From a virus (Duplodnaviria > Caudoviricetes): a stretch of DNA of 49,450 nt. Positions within the stretch are counted from its first letter, which is position 1. Every line of letters starts with the position of its first letter. The DNA lies in IMG/VR virus record IMGVR_UViG_3300012933_000174, positions 1 to 49,450 of that record; one strand, written 5' to 3'. The translations under genes and the position numbers were made by a program. The notes below the pieces were generated by a model, which saw only the letters and a program-made list of their open reading frames with translations, did no database searches and was not told where the DNA came from. Below are positions 1 through 9,103 of the stretch, piece by piece.

Positions 1-45
1 GGTTTGAACACACTTACAGGTCTACCACCTGGCATTCCACAGTTG
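1..45. repeat. Terminal overlap copy 1 (circular permutation or assembly overlap)
   Basis: 1-45 matches 49405-49450 except for one missing C and one C/T substitution. Confidence 0.9.
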
Positions 46-83
46 GGTTCTTTCTCGTGTGTTGCAAATTCTTTCTTCTTCCC

Positions 84-866
84 TTAGTACGGGATGTCTT
101 CCTCAGCACCGTCATCAACATCAAGATCTGGAACGCCTTTTTTGCGATCTTCAATCAAGCGTTGTAGGCGGCTACCTTCCCATTCCAAGTTTTTCATGAT
201 TTTTTCTTGCAAGCGGTTTTTACTGTTTCCATCGTCATACACACCTTCAATGAACAGATTGTCCCAAGCTTGTAAGTAATGTTCATCAGAGACCACAGCT
301 GGTTCCCATACAAAACACTTCAGCGGTGATTTCGCTGGAGCAACGTTAATAGGTGTGTTATTTGTAGGATCTTCTGGATCTTCCTGAATTGGAGCTGTGA
401 AGTTCCATCCAGAATCACGAGTTTTCAGACGTGCATATGTTTTAGTACCATCGGCTGATTTTTCATGATAGATTCGAGATTTGTACGCGCCACCCAGGAA
501 TTGGGTAATGACAGCACCTTTCTCGTTCACATAATTCAAACAACGCATCAAAGGCAGGAAGTTACCTTTCGCCGACGTGCTTTTGTTCACTGTGACTGGA
601 ATTCGAGGATGTGTTATTTTGCCATTATTGTCAATGTTATGGCGCTTACTCACGATTTCGAACGTCAATTGACATTCCCGAGCATCTTTGTATTCAGGGT
701 TTCTGCTTTTCTGCAGTCCGAATTCAATATACTCCACAAACCGTGCCAAACACGCGCCATCGGCTGGCAATTTCGCAGCACCTTGTGACGGTTTTGTATG
801 ATCTTCACCTGCTTTTCGCATGTCTTCATTCATTCTTGCAATATCTTCTGCGGTTTGCGCACTCAT
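84..866 (-). CDS. Conserved phiKMV/SP6-type replication-region protein, probable ssDNA-binding protein
   Basis: N-terminal LARFVEYIEFG motif; acidic C-terminal tail ending in an aromatic residue (DDGAEEDIPY); lies between DNA polymerase and exonuclease. Confidence 0.6.
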   Translation of the reverse strand: MSAQTAEDIARMNEDMRKAGEDHTKPSQGAAKLPADGACLARFVEYIEFGLQKSRNPEYKDARECQLTFEIVSKRHNIDNNGKITHPRIPVTVNKSTSAKGNFLPLMRCLNYVNEKGAVITQFLGGAYKSRIYHEKSADGTKTYARLKTRDSGWNFTAPIQEDPEDPTNNTPINVAPAKSPLKCFVWEPAVVSDEHYLQAWDNLFIEGVYDDGNSKNRLQEKIMKNLEWEGSRLQRLIEDRKKGVPDLDVDDGAEEDIPY

Positions 867-867
867 T

Positions 868-975
868 CTATTCTCCTTCGTTCATGTTGTTATTAAGTAT
901 AAGAACGCCAATGACAATACCTATTGAAATAAGTACCATAATAATAGCGTCAAATTCATCTTGTGATAGCTCCAT
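868..975 (-). CDS. 35-aa single-TM peptide (MELSQDEFDAIIMVLISIGIVIGVLILNNNMNEGE)
   Basis: Translated by hand; GGAGG RBS; fills the gap between spanin and SSB-like genes. Confidence 0.65.
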   Translation of the reverse strand: MELSQDEFDAIIMVLISIGIVIGVLILNNNMNEGE

Positions 976-983
976 GCTACCTC

Positions 984-1484
984 CTATTTGTTTATTACTG
1001 TGTCTGGCAAGCCGTTTAAAAAGTCTAATGCGTAGTCTCTTTCGTCTCCACGCTCGTCGGCAATTCTTGCTGTGTCCGATACCAGTCTATCAAACGCTGT
1101 GTCTGAGACTGTGTTTTCTGGACTTTCCGTTTTTTCATCATTTCCTTTAGTCGCGGAGACGGTTCCACTTTCGGGCACTCTCTGCTTACTACAACTACTG
1201 GACTTTCTGTGGCGCAACTGCAAACGAGCAAGCTCAGCACCAAGATTAATATTTTCTTTTTGACTTTCATTCCATTTCCCCTCAAGGCTCTCGGCTAGTT
1301 CTAACTGTGTTTTGGTACTTTTACGGAGTTCATCCGCTGCTTTTTCTTTCTCTTTTACACTGTCTTTCTTAATGGTTTCAAGTTGAAATTTTAGAATCGC
1401 CGCATGTCTGTTCCCGAGTTTATATCCAACACTGAATATTAAAGCAACCAGGATAATGCAAACCGATTCTTTTATCCCTATCAT
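984..1484 (-). CDS. Inner-membrane spanin (Rz-like)
   Basis: N-terminal TM helix followed by coiled coil; nested lipoprotein ORF in another frame. Confidence 0.85.
   Translation of the reverse strand: MIGIKESVCIILVALIFSVGYKLGNRHAAILKFQLETIKKDSVKEKEKAADELRKSTKTQLELAESLEGKWNESQKENINLGAELARLQLRHRKSSSCSKQRVPESGTVSATKGNDEKTESPENTVSDTAFDRLVSDTARIADERGDERDYALDFLNGLPDTVINK
1025..1270 (-). CDS. Outer-membrane spanin lipoprotein (Rz1-like), nested
   Basis: MKVKKKILILVLSLLVCS-C signal peptide and lipobox; GAGGGG RBS; Pro-containing mature part; fully embedded in the Rz-like gene. Confidence 0.85.
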   Translation of the reverse strand: MKVKKKILILVLSLLVCSCATESPVVVVSRECPKVEPSPRLKEMMKKRKVQKTQSQTQRLIDWYRTQQELPTSVETKETTH

Positions 1485-1714
1485 ACTCCAATTTTTTCAG
1501 ACGTTGCAAACGTTAAATACGTAACGATAGCCGCGCATGTTGCTTGAATGGCTGTAACCCATACTTTCAAAGCAATTGCCGCTGGTGGCGAAATAATAGT
1601 TAGGATTGGTATAAGAACCAATAACACACCAACTTTCACTTGTACCATTTTCCATAAGGCTGGGTTTTTAACGCACTCACCTTTTTGAATAACTTTAAAT
1701 AATCTTCTCCACAT
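1481..1714 (-). CDS. Putative holin (2 TM)
   Basis: Two hydrophobic segments; ATGA overlap with the spanin gene; start moved to ATG 1714 (GAGG RBS). Confidence 0.55.
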   Translation of the reverse strand: MWRRLFKVIQKGECVKNPALWKMVQVKVGVLLVLIPILTIISPPAAIALKVWVTAIQATCAAIVTYLTFATSEKIGV

Positions 1715-4088
1715 CTTTCTGTTCCTCTTTCTCAAATTTATGTATACTGGTCATGCTATACAAGTCATTCCCAATCTCTGCGTCAACTCTAAAGTGGACT
1801 GGTAATTCTATGCCATACCCTTCAGCATAAAACACGTGGACGCTCTCCATTATTGTTGTTATATCCTTACAATACTCTAACAATCTTTCTTTTTTACCAT
1901 CCCAAATAACGCAGTCATGAACAGTGTTAACTAGTAATAATTCTTCTTTTACTTCGTCTGGTAGTTTAATCCACCATCTGAATAATCTTCCCAATACTGT
2001 CTGCACGATTTCCCCACCCGTACCTTGTACTGGGTAGTTCTTTCTTTCCGTTGGACTAAATCCTGTAACGATTCCGTCTCTTTTCATAAACTCTGGCGCT
2101 TCATGTTGTATCCACGAGAATATAGTTCCAAACGGACTTTGCCATGAGCTTTTCTTTGTTTTAACTATCTTCCCATCAACGATAATCTTTGAACCCCCTG
2201 TGTACGTCATGTTCTGGTTTATTTCAGCTTTCAGCCAATTATCGAACATTTTAACGCCTGGGTATAATATATCTTCGTTCTGGATTAAAGTTTTGACGGT
2301 GTCTAGTGGGAGTTTAGTTTGATCTACAATAGCAGTGGCGCCTGCACCAAATGCTCTTGCGAATGAGAAGTTCTTTGCTTTAACGCGGATTTCAGCTGTT
2401 TCTGGATCACCAGATAAGTATCTATTCAATACTGTCTCGTACTCCTCTCCTAACATCATACTTAATCTACGACAGTGGAAGTCAATCTCGTCCCAGATGT
2501 CTTTGATAAGGTTCTCATCGTTCGTGATAATAGCTTGTACGAGGATTTCAAGTTGTTTATAGTCAATACCTAACATCATTCCTTCTGAGCCAAATCTGCT
2601 CGTGAAGAATTGTTTAACTTTTGAGGTTCCCTGTCTTGGGATGTTTTGCATGTTTGGATCTGTACTACTCATTCTACCTGTTACTGTGTTTATATGACAC
2701 AGTTTATGGTGGATTAAGCCGTCTCTAACTAGTGTAAGCATACCTTTCCGTACACCTTTCTCATCTTCGACCCAGTAGTATGTTCCTAAATCTTTTGTAC
2801 TTGATACATAGTCTTGTAAGCTTTTACAAAATGGAATATCCATCTTTGCCACTTCTTCCATAACCTTTGAACCCGTACTGTAAATTGGCTCACCATCTGC
2901 GTCTGTATTCTTTACTTCCCATTCTGGGCGAGGTTCAATCTGTCTTGGCATATCAAACGCGTACTTCTGTTTACAACCTTTCGGTTTCTCCAGATTATCC
3001 ACTTTAACGTTCCTAAACTTTCCGAGTCCTTGCTGTTTCCCAGATTTATACTTGTCTTGTTGTAACCAATAATCACCTGATGCGCCTTTTATTGCACCTG
3101 GTTTACCTTTTTCACATTTTAGATACCAGAGTCCTCCAACCTCTTTCATACCCGTAGATTGTGGGTTCACAGGTGTGTCTTGTATTAAAGGCCATTTCTC
3201 CGTTTTCTTTGGATAAATGTTTCCACCATTCTCATCAAGGTGTGGTGTCCACTTCTCATACGGAATAGCTCCTCCAAACAGAGTACAGCTTTTATGTGTC
3301 GGACTTCCCCAATTGAAGTTCAACTCTTCTGGCATTTCTGGCAAGAAGCTGTTTAAATGCTCCAAGCTTTTCTCGATCGTGTCTAATTGTTCTTGTCTTA
3401 ATGGTTCAGCTAGGTCTTCATTAATGAATAATCCATTCCATTCCATTTCCGTACTTGCTAAGAGTCCATCCATTCTGTTCCCAACCATTACTAAGAATGC
3501 TTCTGGGTTTGGAAGTTCTTTTATCTTTTTCATTTGAGCTTTGAATACTCTGTACGTGCTGTTTATATCACCTTCAACATCATCCTTTTCAGAACCAAGT
3601 AAGTACGCCGTAAGTGTGTCTTCTGGTATTTCATTCGTCTGAACACCTTGTTTCCAAAGTTCTTTGATAACGTCTAACTTACCCGTACCACCGTACTTAA
3701 TAGCTGTATCTGCCAGGTTTACCATGTGCACGTCTTTTGTCATACCATGCAACAGGTACTCCACGTATTGGCAGTCGTATATCCTGCCGCCATCTTGTAA
3801 AAACTTTATCCACGCAGGATCTTTCCAGAACCAAAGCATATCGAATTTAATGTTGAATCCAATGATTACACTGACCTTCTCTAAGTCAGGTAATACTGAT
3901 TCTTTATGCTTCTCTTTCCAGTACTTTCCTTCACACTTCCCTGCTCCGTATTTCCAACCAGACATTACTACCCAGTTCCTACTATCGAACGGATTTGCTA
4001 CGCGTTTCTCACTTTTAAAGATCGTCGTTTCTAAGTCAAGTGTAAGAGTTCTTCCAGGTTTTTTTGCGTTCAGTCCGAGTAGATTCAT
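1695..4088 (-). CDS. Family A DNA polymerase with 3'-5' exonuclease
   Basis: ExoI DLETT, ExoII FNIKFD, TGRMSS..PNMQNIP, motif A DYKQLE, motif B RVKAKNFSFARAFG, NYPVQG, motif C VHD. Confidence 0.97.
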   Translation of the reverse strand: MNLLGLNAKKPGRTLTLDLETTIFKSEKRVANPFDSRNWVVMSGWKYGAGKCEGKYWKEKHKESVLPDLEKVSVIIGFNIKFDMLWFWKDPAWIKFLQDGGRIYDCQYVEYLLHGMTKDVHMVNLADTAIKYGGTGKLDVIKELWKQGVQTNEIPEDTLTAYLLGSEKDDVEGDINSTYRVFKAQMKKIKELPNPEAFLVMVGNRMDGLLASTEMEWNGLFINEDLAEPLRQEQLDTIEKSLEHLNSFLPEMPEELNFNWGSPTHKSCTLFGGAIPYEKWTPHLDENGGNIYPKKTEKWPLIQDTPVNPQSTGMKEVGGLWYLKCEKGKPGAIKGASGDYWLQQDKYKSGKQQGLGKFRNVKVDNLEKPKGCKQKYAFDMPRQIEPRPEWEVKNTDADGEPIYSTGSKVMEEVAKMDIPFCKSLQDYVSSTKDLGTYYWVEDEKGVRKGMLTLVRDGLIHHKLCHINTVTGRMSSTDPNMQNIPRQGTSKVKQFFTSRFGSEGMMLGIDYKQLEILVQAIITNDENLIKDIWDEIDFHCRRLSMMLGEEYETVLNRYLSGDPETAEIRVKAKNFSFARAFGAGATAIVDQTKLPLDTVKTLIQNEDILYPGVKMFDNWLKAEINQNMTYTGGSKIIVDGKIVKTKKSSWQSPFGTIFSWIQHEAPEFMKRDGIVTGFSPTERKNYPVQGTGGEIVQTVLGRLFRWWIKLPDEVKEELLLVNTVHDCVIWDGKKERLLEYCKDITTIMESVHVFYAEGYGIELPVHFRVDAEIGNDLYSMTSIHKFEKEEQKDVEKII

Positions 4089-4318
4089 TCTTGCTTCCCC
4101 TCCTTTCCCTTCACTCTTTCTTCTGTAACAGCTAAGAACTCACCTATACTTTCAAAGTGTTCTTTATCACCCGCTTCGTTATACAAGAAATATCCGTGCG
4201 CTGCTAGGAATGCGCATCCAAGGTCTCTAGCGCGTTGGTTTGCTTCTTGTCTTGGAGTTTTCTTTACTGGTTTTTTCTTCTTTAATTCAGGTGTCTGAGT
4301 TTCTCTGAATTTTTTCAT
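4085..4318 (-). CDS. Hypothetical protein
   Basis: ATGA-coupled to both helicase and polymerase. Confidence 0.7.
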   Translation of the reverse strand: MKKFRETQTPELKKKKPVKKTPRQEANQRARDLGCAFLAAHGYFLYNEAGDKEHFESIGEFLAVTEERVKGKEGKQE

Positions 4319-5559
4319 TCTTGGTAAAAGGCTCTGTCCATGTTTATTGTAACCATTGCTTTTAATGGTGGTGAGCCTTCCCTGCGGAGTTTATTCTTTG
4401 GTACTGATATATATCTTACATTTTCATTCCCCTCTAATAAATCGTGTCCAATAACTAAAATCGTATCTGTAGCACCTTGCTTACCTGTTCTGCTATCTTT
4501 CAGGAAGTTTTCACTTGGAAATGGTACTCCATGACCTGGGTCACTAATCTGGGATGTTTTAACTGTTATACAATCGAACTCTGTAGCACGTTCTCGTACC
4601 CAGATATATAAATGTTCAAGCACTTCATCTGTTCTGTCAGTCTTTCTGCTGCGTGCATATCTAACGTTATCCGCCATATCAAACACAATCATTGCAATCT
4701 TATACTTCGCACTAATACGCTTCAACTTCAAGCTTATGTCAGAGGTACTTTGCCCATGCACATCATAAATTTGTATCTTATGCTCGCCACCGATTGCTTT
4801 CGCATAATTCTTATTCACAGTTCCATCTAATTGCATCTGAGACAATTGACTTTCCGTTATCCGCATACTACTCTGTACTACACGGCGCAAAATTCTTTTC
4901 TTTGGTCCTTCATTATTTAACCATACTATAACTCCAGTCTCATCCGTTTGTTTTGCGATACAGCAAGCTAACTGTGCTAAGAATGTTGTCTTCCCTTTGT
5001 CTGGTCTGGCTGCAACGATTAAATCATCACCACCCTGTAATTCGCGTAGATGTTCATTCAACACGTCCAAGTGCCATTTAAAGCCTGTTTTTTCTTCTGT
5101 GTTTGTATTCACTAATTCATCGATTAATGCAAACGCATCTTCATCTGAGTGTAATTCAATGCCTTGCTCCGCTGATTCCACTTCCCGTTTAATCTCTTCT
5201 AGGAGGTCTATTTCCTCCCCAGCTTCCCAACGGTACAACGAGTCAGTAAGCGCTGATGCTACGTTCGCTTGTATCAACTGGTTTACCACACAATTCTTAA
5301 CGCTCTCTGTTAATGGCGTCTTCATGTTCTTAATCAGTTGTACGTAAACTTCCTTATCCTTCTGATGTTTCTTTTCCGATAAAAATATCTCGCTAAATAC
5401 TTTAAAGTCCAATTCAGTTATCTTATGCTCTTCATAATACTTCTCTAAGTACGTGAGCAAATTCTTTGAATGCTCTTCCAGTGTGTTTACCTTCACAAGT
5501 GATTGTACTTTCGCATACCCTACTGGGTCGTGTGCGAGAAGTCTAAGCAAAGTTATCAT
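4315..5559 (-). CDS. DnaB-family replicative helicase
   Basis: Walker A AARPDKGKTT, LNNEG, Walker B MIVFD, TSQ, K.G..D and KNK motifs. Confidence 0.93.
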   Translation of the reverse strand: MITLLRLLAHDPVGYAKVQSLVKVNTLEEHSKNLLTYLEKYYEEHKITELDFKVFSEIFLSEKKHQKDKEVYVQLIKNMKTPLTESVKNCVVNQLIQANVASALTDSLYRWEAGEEIDLLEEIKREVESAEQGIELHSDEDAFALIDELVNTNTEEKTGFKWHLDVLNEHLRELQGGDDLIVAARPDKGKTTFLAQLACCIAKQTDETGVIVWLNNEGPKKRILRRVVQSSMRITESQLSQMQLDGTVNKNYAKAIGGEHKIQIYDVHGQSTSDISLKLKRISAKYKIAMIVFDMADNVRYARSRKTDRTDEVLEHLYIWVRERATEFDCITVKTSQISDPGHGVPFPSENFLKDSRTGKQGATDTILVIGHDLLEGNENVRYISVPKNKLRREGSPPLKAMVTINMDRAFYQE

Positions 5560-6340
5560 CCGTCGAACCTCCTATTAATTCGCGTATTTCCATTTCCGTA
5601 AGATACTTCGGATCCCTGTCTGGACATAATATCCGAACATTAACTAAATCTTTTAATTTCTTTTTTATTTTTATACTAGCTACTCTGCCAGGTCTATCTG
5701 GATCAAGGAGAACTATCACTTCCTTATACCCAATCAATTTTTTTATACCAGCCCTATCCAAGGATGTTCCATTCAAACTGACACATTCAATCACTTCTCC
5801 TACTTTCATACAAGAGAAGCAATCCTCAACCAAAACTATTTTATTCTTCGTCTGTGCTAATTCTGCCTTTTTGCTGTAGTACCAAGTGTCGGTTCTGCCT
5901 TCTGTGTTCAGAGCTTTCAATTTTGCTTTTCCGCTCACGTCCCTTGCTATTATTCCGACCAGAACTCCTTTCTTCATACATGGAATTATCAGCCTTCCGA
6001 CGGATTCGCTCCACTGTAGGTTGTACTTCATCGCCAAAGCTGTGCCAATGCCCCTCTTCCAGAGCCATACATGTGCTTCCTTCGTCAGTGCCTTCGTCGA
6101 GTCCGGTGGTAGTGTTAGATTGTTGCATACTTCTTGTCCTATTCTGTCTAATTTATTGACTAAATCTGTTATTGTTTTTCTTTCTTTTTGTATTGCTTCA
6201 TTCTTTCCACATCTAAAGCAATAGAAGTGGTAATGATCAGTGTTATGAGATATTATCCCTGATCGATCATTACCACAACATTTAACTCTAACTGAGGAGT
6301 CTAGATCAAGTACTCGAGCCTTATCTCCCCAGTCAGACAC
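5543..6340 (-). CDS. DNA primase (Zn finger plus TOPRIM)
   Basis: CC...CFRC Zn-binding region; LVEDCFS and LLDPD TOPRIM motifs; directly upstream of the helicase. Confidence 0.92.
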   Translation of the reverse strand: MSDWGDKARVLDLDSSVRVKCCGNDRSGIISHNTDHYHFYCFRCGKNEAIQKERKTITDLVNKLDRIGQEVCNNLTLPPDSTKALTKEAHVWLWKRGIGTALAMKYNLQWSESVGRLIIPCMKKGVLVGIIARDVSGKAKLKALNTEGRTDTWYYSKKAELAQTKNKIVLVEDCFSCMKVGEVIECVSLNGTSLDRAGIKKLIGYKEVIVLLDPDRPGRVASIKIKKKLKDLVNVRILCPDRDPKYLTEMEIRELIGGSTDDNFA

Positions 6341-6341
6341 A

Positions 6342-6740
6342 TTATAAGCCTTCTACGGCTTCAGCGGTCGCGTCAGCCACGCCAGATGCCTTTTTGGCAG
6401 CACGAGTTGCTTTAGTTTTCTCAGCACTTGCTACTAATTTTTTCTGGGTTTCCAGCAACGCCTGGTCATAGACGCCGTTCAGACCTTCCGCATAGATTTC
6501 TTTAGTGTACACTTCTGCGTCACCAGCCGGTACGTTTTTCCAGCTTGAATCACCGTCTACGGTTGGCAAAGGCAAGATGCCCAATGTGGTACGCAGGTTT
6601 ACGGTACCGTCTTCATTCGGTTTACTTGTTACTTTAAACGCTGTGCGTAACTGTTCCAGCGTCATTGTTGCCAATGTAACCGCTACTACGACTGCTGCAG
6701 ATGCTTTAAAATTTTTTAAACCGGATAATGTTTTACTCAT
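6342..6740 (-). CDS. Hypothetical Ala/Lys-rich protein
   Basis: AAGGAG RBS; preceded by a structured leader. Confidence 0.75.
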   Translation of the reverse strand: MSKTLSGLKNFKASAAVVVAVTLATMTLEQLRTAFKVTSKPNEDGTVNLRTTLGILPLPTVDGDSSWKNVPAGDAEVYTKEIYAEGLNGVYDQALLETQKKLVASAEKTKATRAAKKASGVADATAEAVEGL

Positions 6741-6755
6741 ACTTCTTCTCCTTCT

Positions 6756-6823
6756 CTAATGCCCATTAGGCGTATGTGCTTCCGCACGTTCCTTTCCCGC
6801 GTCTGCGAGACACTTTTCAGTGT
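6756..6823 (-). other. Intergenic array of four small hairpins
   Basis: On minus strand: ACACT-GAAA-AGTGT, TCTCGC-AGAC-GCGGGA, GTGC-GGAA-GCAC, CTAAT-GGGC-ATTAG. Confidence 0.6.
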
Positions 6824-6829
6824 ACTATT

Positions 6830-7156
6830 CTACGACAGAAGCGCTGCCCTTTTACGTTTCAAGTTTTCAATTGCTGCAACTCGAGCCTGTACGTATTCGA
6901 CCGCCGCTGTTAATCTACCTTTTTCCAGATCTTGTACCACTAAATCATGCGCTAAACCTGCATTCTCCTGTGAAACTTCAATTTTGTTACATCTAAATCC
7001 AACGATTGCATCCAGTGGTACAACTCGACGACCATACCGTACTGAAATATACGATAACCCATCTTTACCCTGTCGCACCTGGACAACTGGAATTATTCTT
7101 TCTGAACTTTTTCTTGGTCGGGATTCAATTAACCCGAGCAGCGCCGTGTTTGCCAT
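6830..7156 (-). CDS. Hypothetical protein
   Basis: Start moved to MANTALL (AGGAG RBS). Confidence 0.7.
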   Translation of the reverse strand: MANTALLGLIESRPRKSSERIIPVVQVRQGKDGLSYISVRYGRRVVPLDAIVGFRCNKIEVSQENAGLAHDLVVQDLEKGRLTAAVEYVQARVAAIENLKRKRAALLS

Positions 7157-7380
7157 CTTTTCTCCTGTCTGAATTTGTTTTCTAATTCTCCCCGTTTCAG
7201 TCTTGCACGGAAGAGCGTTTCTTTTTCTGGGTTTGAGATACCTTCCCACTTCCCCGTTAAGTAATTAAATCCCGTAATCAGGAATGTATGCGTAACGTTC
7301 GGATGTGGTATTGTAACCTGATCTAAAACAGATTTATCCCAAGGTCCTTTGTCCGTTTCCAGGACGTCTAAAGCTTTCAT
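7129..7380 (-). CDS. Hypothetical protein
   Basis: ORF tiles the minus-strand operon. Confidence 0.6.
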   Translation of the reverse strand: MKALDVLETDKGPWDKSVLDQVTIPHPNVTHTFLITGFNYLTGKWEGISNPEKETLFRARLKRGELENKFRQEKRWQTRRCSG

Positions 7381-7383
7381 GTG

Positions 7384-7989
7384 TTACTCCGGTAGTTTGT
7401 TTTCTCTGATTTTAATTGGCTGTCTGTTTTCCAGTGTGCCCAGGCAGTCTGATAATTGTAGTCCTTTATAATCTGTGTGTTCTGGTTTTTTTGCCATTCT
7501 TAGGCACCGTTTTTCTATGTACTCTTGTCCGTTATCACCAAAATCGATTAGAAAATAGTTACCCTGTTCACGAATTACCTGATTGGTCAGTTTTACCCAT
7601 TTCCCTTTTTTAAATATCTCAGCTTCCACGCCGTTCGTGTACTCTCTCAAATTAAACGCCATGTACGTTGGCTCAGATCTACCCGTGGTAGATATTTCAG
7701 TCTCCATTGCCCTAGTTACTAAATCTGGAATCCATCCGTCTTTCTTTTCTGTGTAACCACGCCTGACGCTTTCTTCCTGATTTTCAATACTTACACGGAG
7801 TTTTTCATTGTACACCATGCATTTCCGCATATCTGAGTCGAATTGTCCTTTAAAATTTGCTCGAAGAGAATACTTCATTATATTCCCCAATAAAAAGCCA
7901 ATCCATTGTTCTTTAGTTAGTTTCGCCTGGATTACGTCAAATGTCTGTATTCCTTCGGCGTAGTGGTCGTCTGGATTCTCTCCTAACAT
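7384..7989 (-). CDS. DUF3310-like protein (related to the T7 gp1.7 nucleotide kinase family)
   Basis: HY..GIQTFDVI...GFLLGNIMKYSLR...KG...D.RK signature in the N-terminal 65 aa. Confidence 0.75.
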   Translation of the reverse strand: MLGENPDDHYAEGIQTFDVIQAKLTKEQWIGFLLGNIMKYSLRANFKGQFDSDMRKCMVYNEKLRVSIENQEESVRRGYTEKKDGWIPDLVTRAMETEISTTGRSEPTYMAFNLREYTNGVEAEIFKKGKWVKLTNQVIREQGNYFLIDFGDNGQEYIEKRCLRMAKKPEHTDYKGLQLSDCLGTLENRQPIKIRENKLPE

Positions 7990-8282
7990 TTTTTACCTCC
8001 ACCTTTTCCTTTCTTTCTTTTCTTCACAATGTCTCCTTTGCTGTTCACAGCATTGATGATCTTTAAATGGGCGAATTTGTCACGATCTTTCCATGGTTTC
8101 ACAACCTTCTCTTTTTTAAGATAAGTCTTCGGAAGACTAGGTACTTCATCGAACCACAGTTCTGGACGACTCTCACCAATTTCTCTTGCCAAGTACTCAT
8201 CAATGTATGTAAGAAATTCCGCAGTTGCTTTTTTCAGTGCGTCCCAATCAGGATCTCTTAATTGTCCGTCGTCGTTTTGCAT
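7983..8282 (-). CDS. Hypothetical protein
   Basis: Start moved to MQNDDG to reduce overlap; acidic N-terminus, basic C-terminus. Confidence 0.6.
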   Translation of the reverse strand: MQNDDGQLRDPDWDALKKATAEFLTYIDEYLAREIGESRPELWFDEVPSLPKTYLKKEKVVKPWKDRDKFAHLKIINAVNSKGDIVKKRKKGKGGGKKC

Positions 8283-8584
8283 ATCATCACCGATAAGTAG
8301 TTCCTGATAATAATCGTGTATCCAGTCTGATCCACGCTCCCCGAAATTGCACAGGCATTTCCTAAACCTGTCTCTTTCCGTTTCCCACACTCATTCATGC
8401 TATTAAGAGCCTTTACCAGTGCTTCACATTGTGATTCTTTGAGGCACTCTGGCATATCTGAATTCAATCGTATCTCTAGGTTCTCCTGATTTACACGCAG
8501 TGAGGAACTCTTCGCACTGAATACAAATGCTACGCTTTTCACCAGTGTATGTAACTCATCATACAGTTCTTTACTTATCATCAT
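8258..8584 (-). CDS. Hypothetical protein
   Basis: Tiles the operon; GGTGA RBS. Confidence 0.6.
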   Translation of the reverse strand: MMISKELYDELHTLVKSVAFVFSAKSSSLRVNQENLEIRLNSDMPECLKESQCEALVKALNSMNECGKRKETGLGNACAISGSVDQTGYTIIIRNYLSVMICKTTTDN

Positions 8585-8586
8585 AA

Positions 8587-9090
8587 TCACCAATCATTAA
8601 TAGTTGTTTGTACATGGTCAATGTCTTGTTGCAATTCTGCGCCTTTATTTGCTGCCGCATCCGCTCTTTCATTACCAATGTCACCATTGTGTCCTTTTAC
8701 CCATTTCCAGGATATACGGTCATATAAGCGCGTGTTTAATTCGTCAAGGCGTTTCCACTTCTCAAGGTTCTTTACTGCCCCTGTACTAGTTCTCCAGCCT
8801 TTCTGTTTCCATCCGTGCATCCATTTCCCTAAACCATCTAGGACGTATTTTGAATCACAAATAAATGTTGCTTTCAGTCTACTGTCGAAATCACATTCAA
8901 TTAGAATTTCTTCGAAGTGACCTAATGCGCGGATTGCTGCTTCCAGTTCCATGCTGTTATTAGTATCTTGTTCTTTGCCTGGTCCGTATACTTCTTCACC
9001 ATATTCAACAGAATCCATTGTAACAACAAACCCCCAACCGCCTTTTCCTGGATTACCTTTACAGGCTCCATCACAATAATACGTTATCAT
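8587..9090 (-). CDS. rnhA: Ribonuclease HI
   Basis: YCDGACKGNPG.GGWG, TNNSMEL, DSKYV, VKN, WVKGH.G..GNE.AD; all catalytic D/E/D/D residues present; AGGAG RBS. Confidence 0.95.
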   Translation of the reverse strand: MITYYCDGACKGNPGKGGWGFVVTMDSVEYGEEVYGPGKEQDTNNSMELEAAIRALGHFEEILIECDFDSRLKATFICDSKYVLDGLGKWMHGWKQKGWRTSTGAVKNLEKWKRLDELNTRLYDRISWKWVKGHNGDIGNERADAAANKGAELQQDIDHVQTTINDW

Positions 9091-9103
9091 ACTAGCTCCT
9101 ATT

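Noticed and set aside
1-45. Biological direct terminal repeat
   Set aside because: It falls mid-replication module and is imperfect, so it is best explained as an assembly overlap
6756-6823. Hammerhead ribozyme or tRNA
   Set aside because: CTGAAAA does not match the CUGANGA core; no T-loop, acceptor stem or CCA
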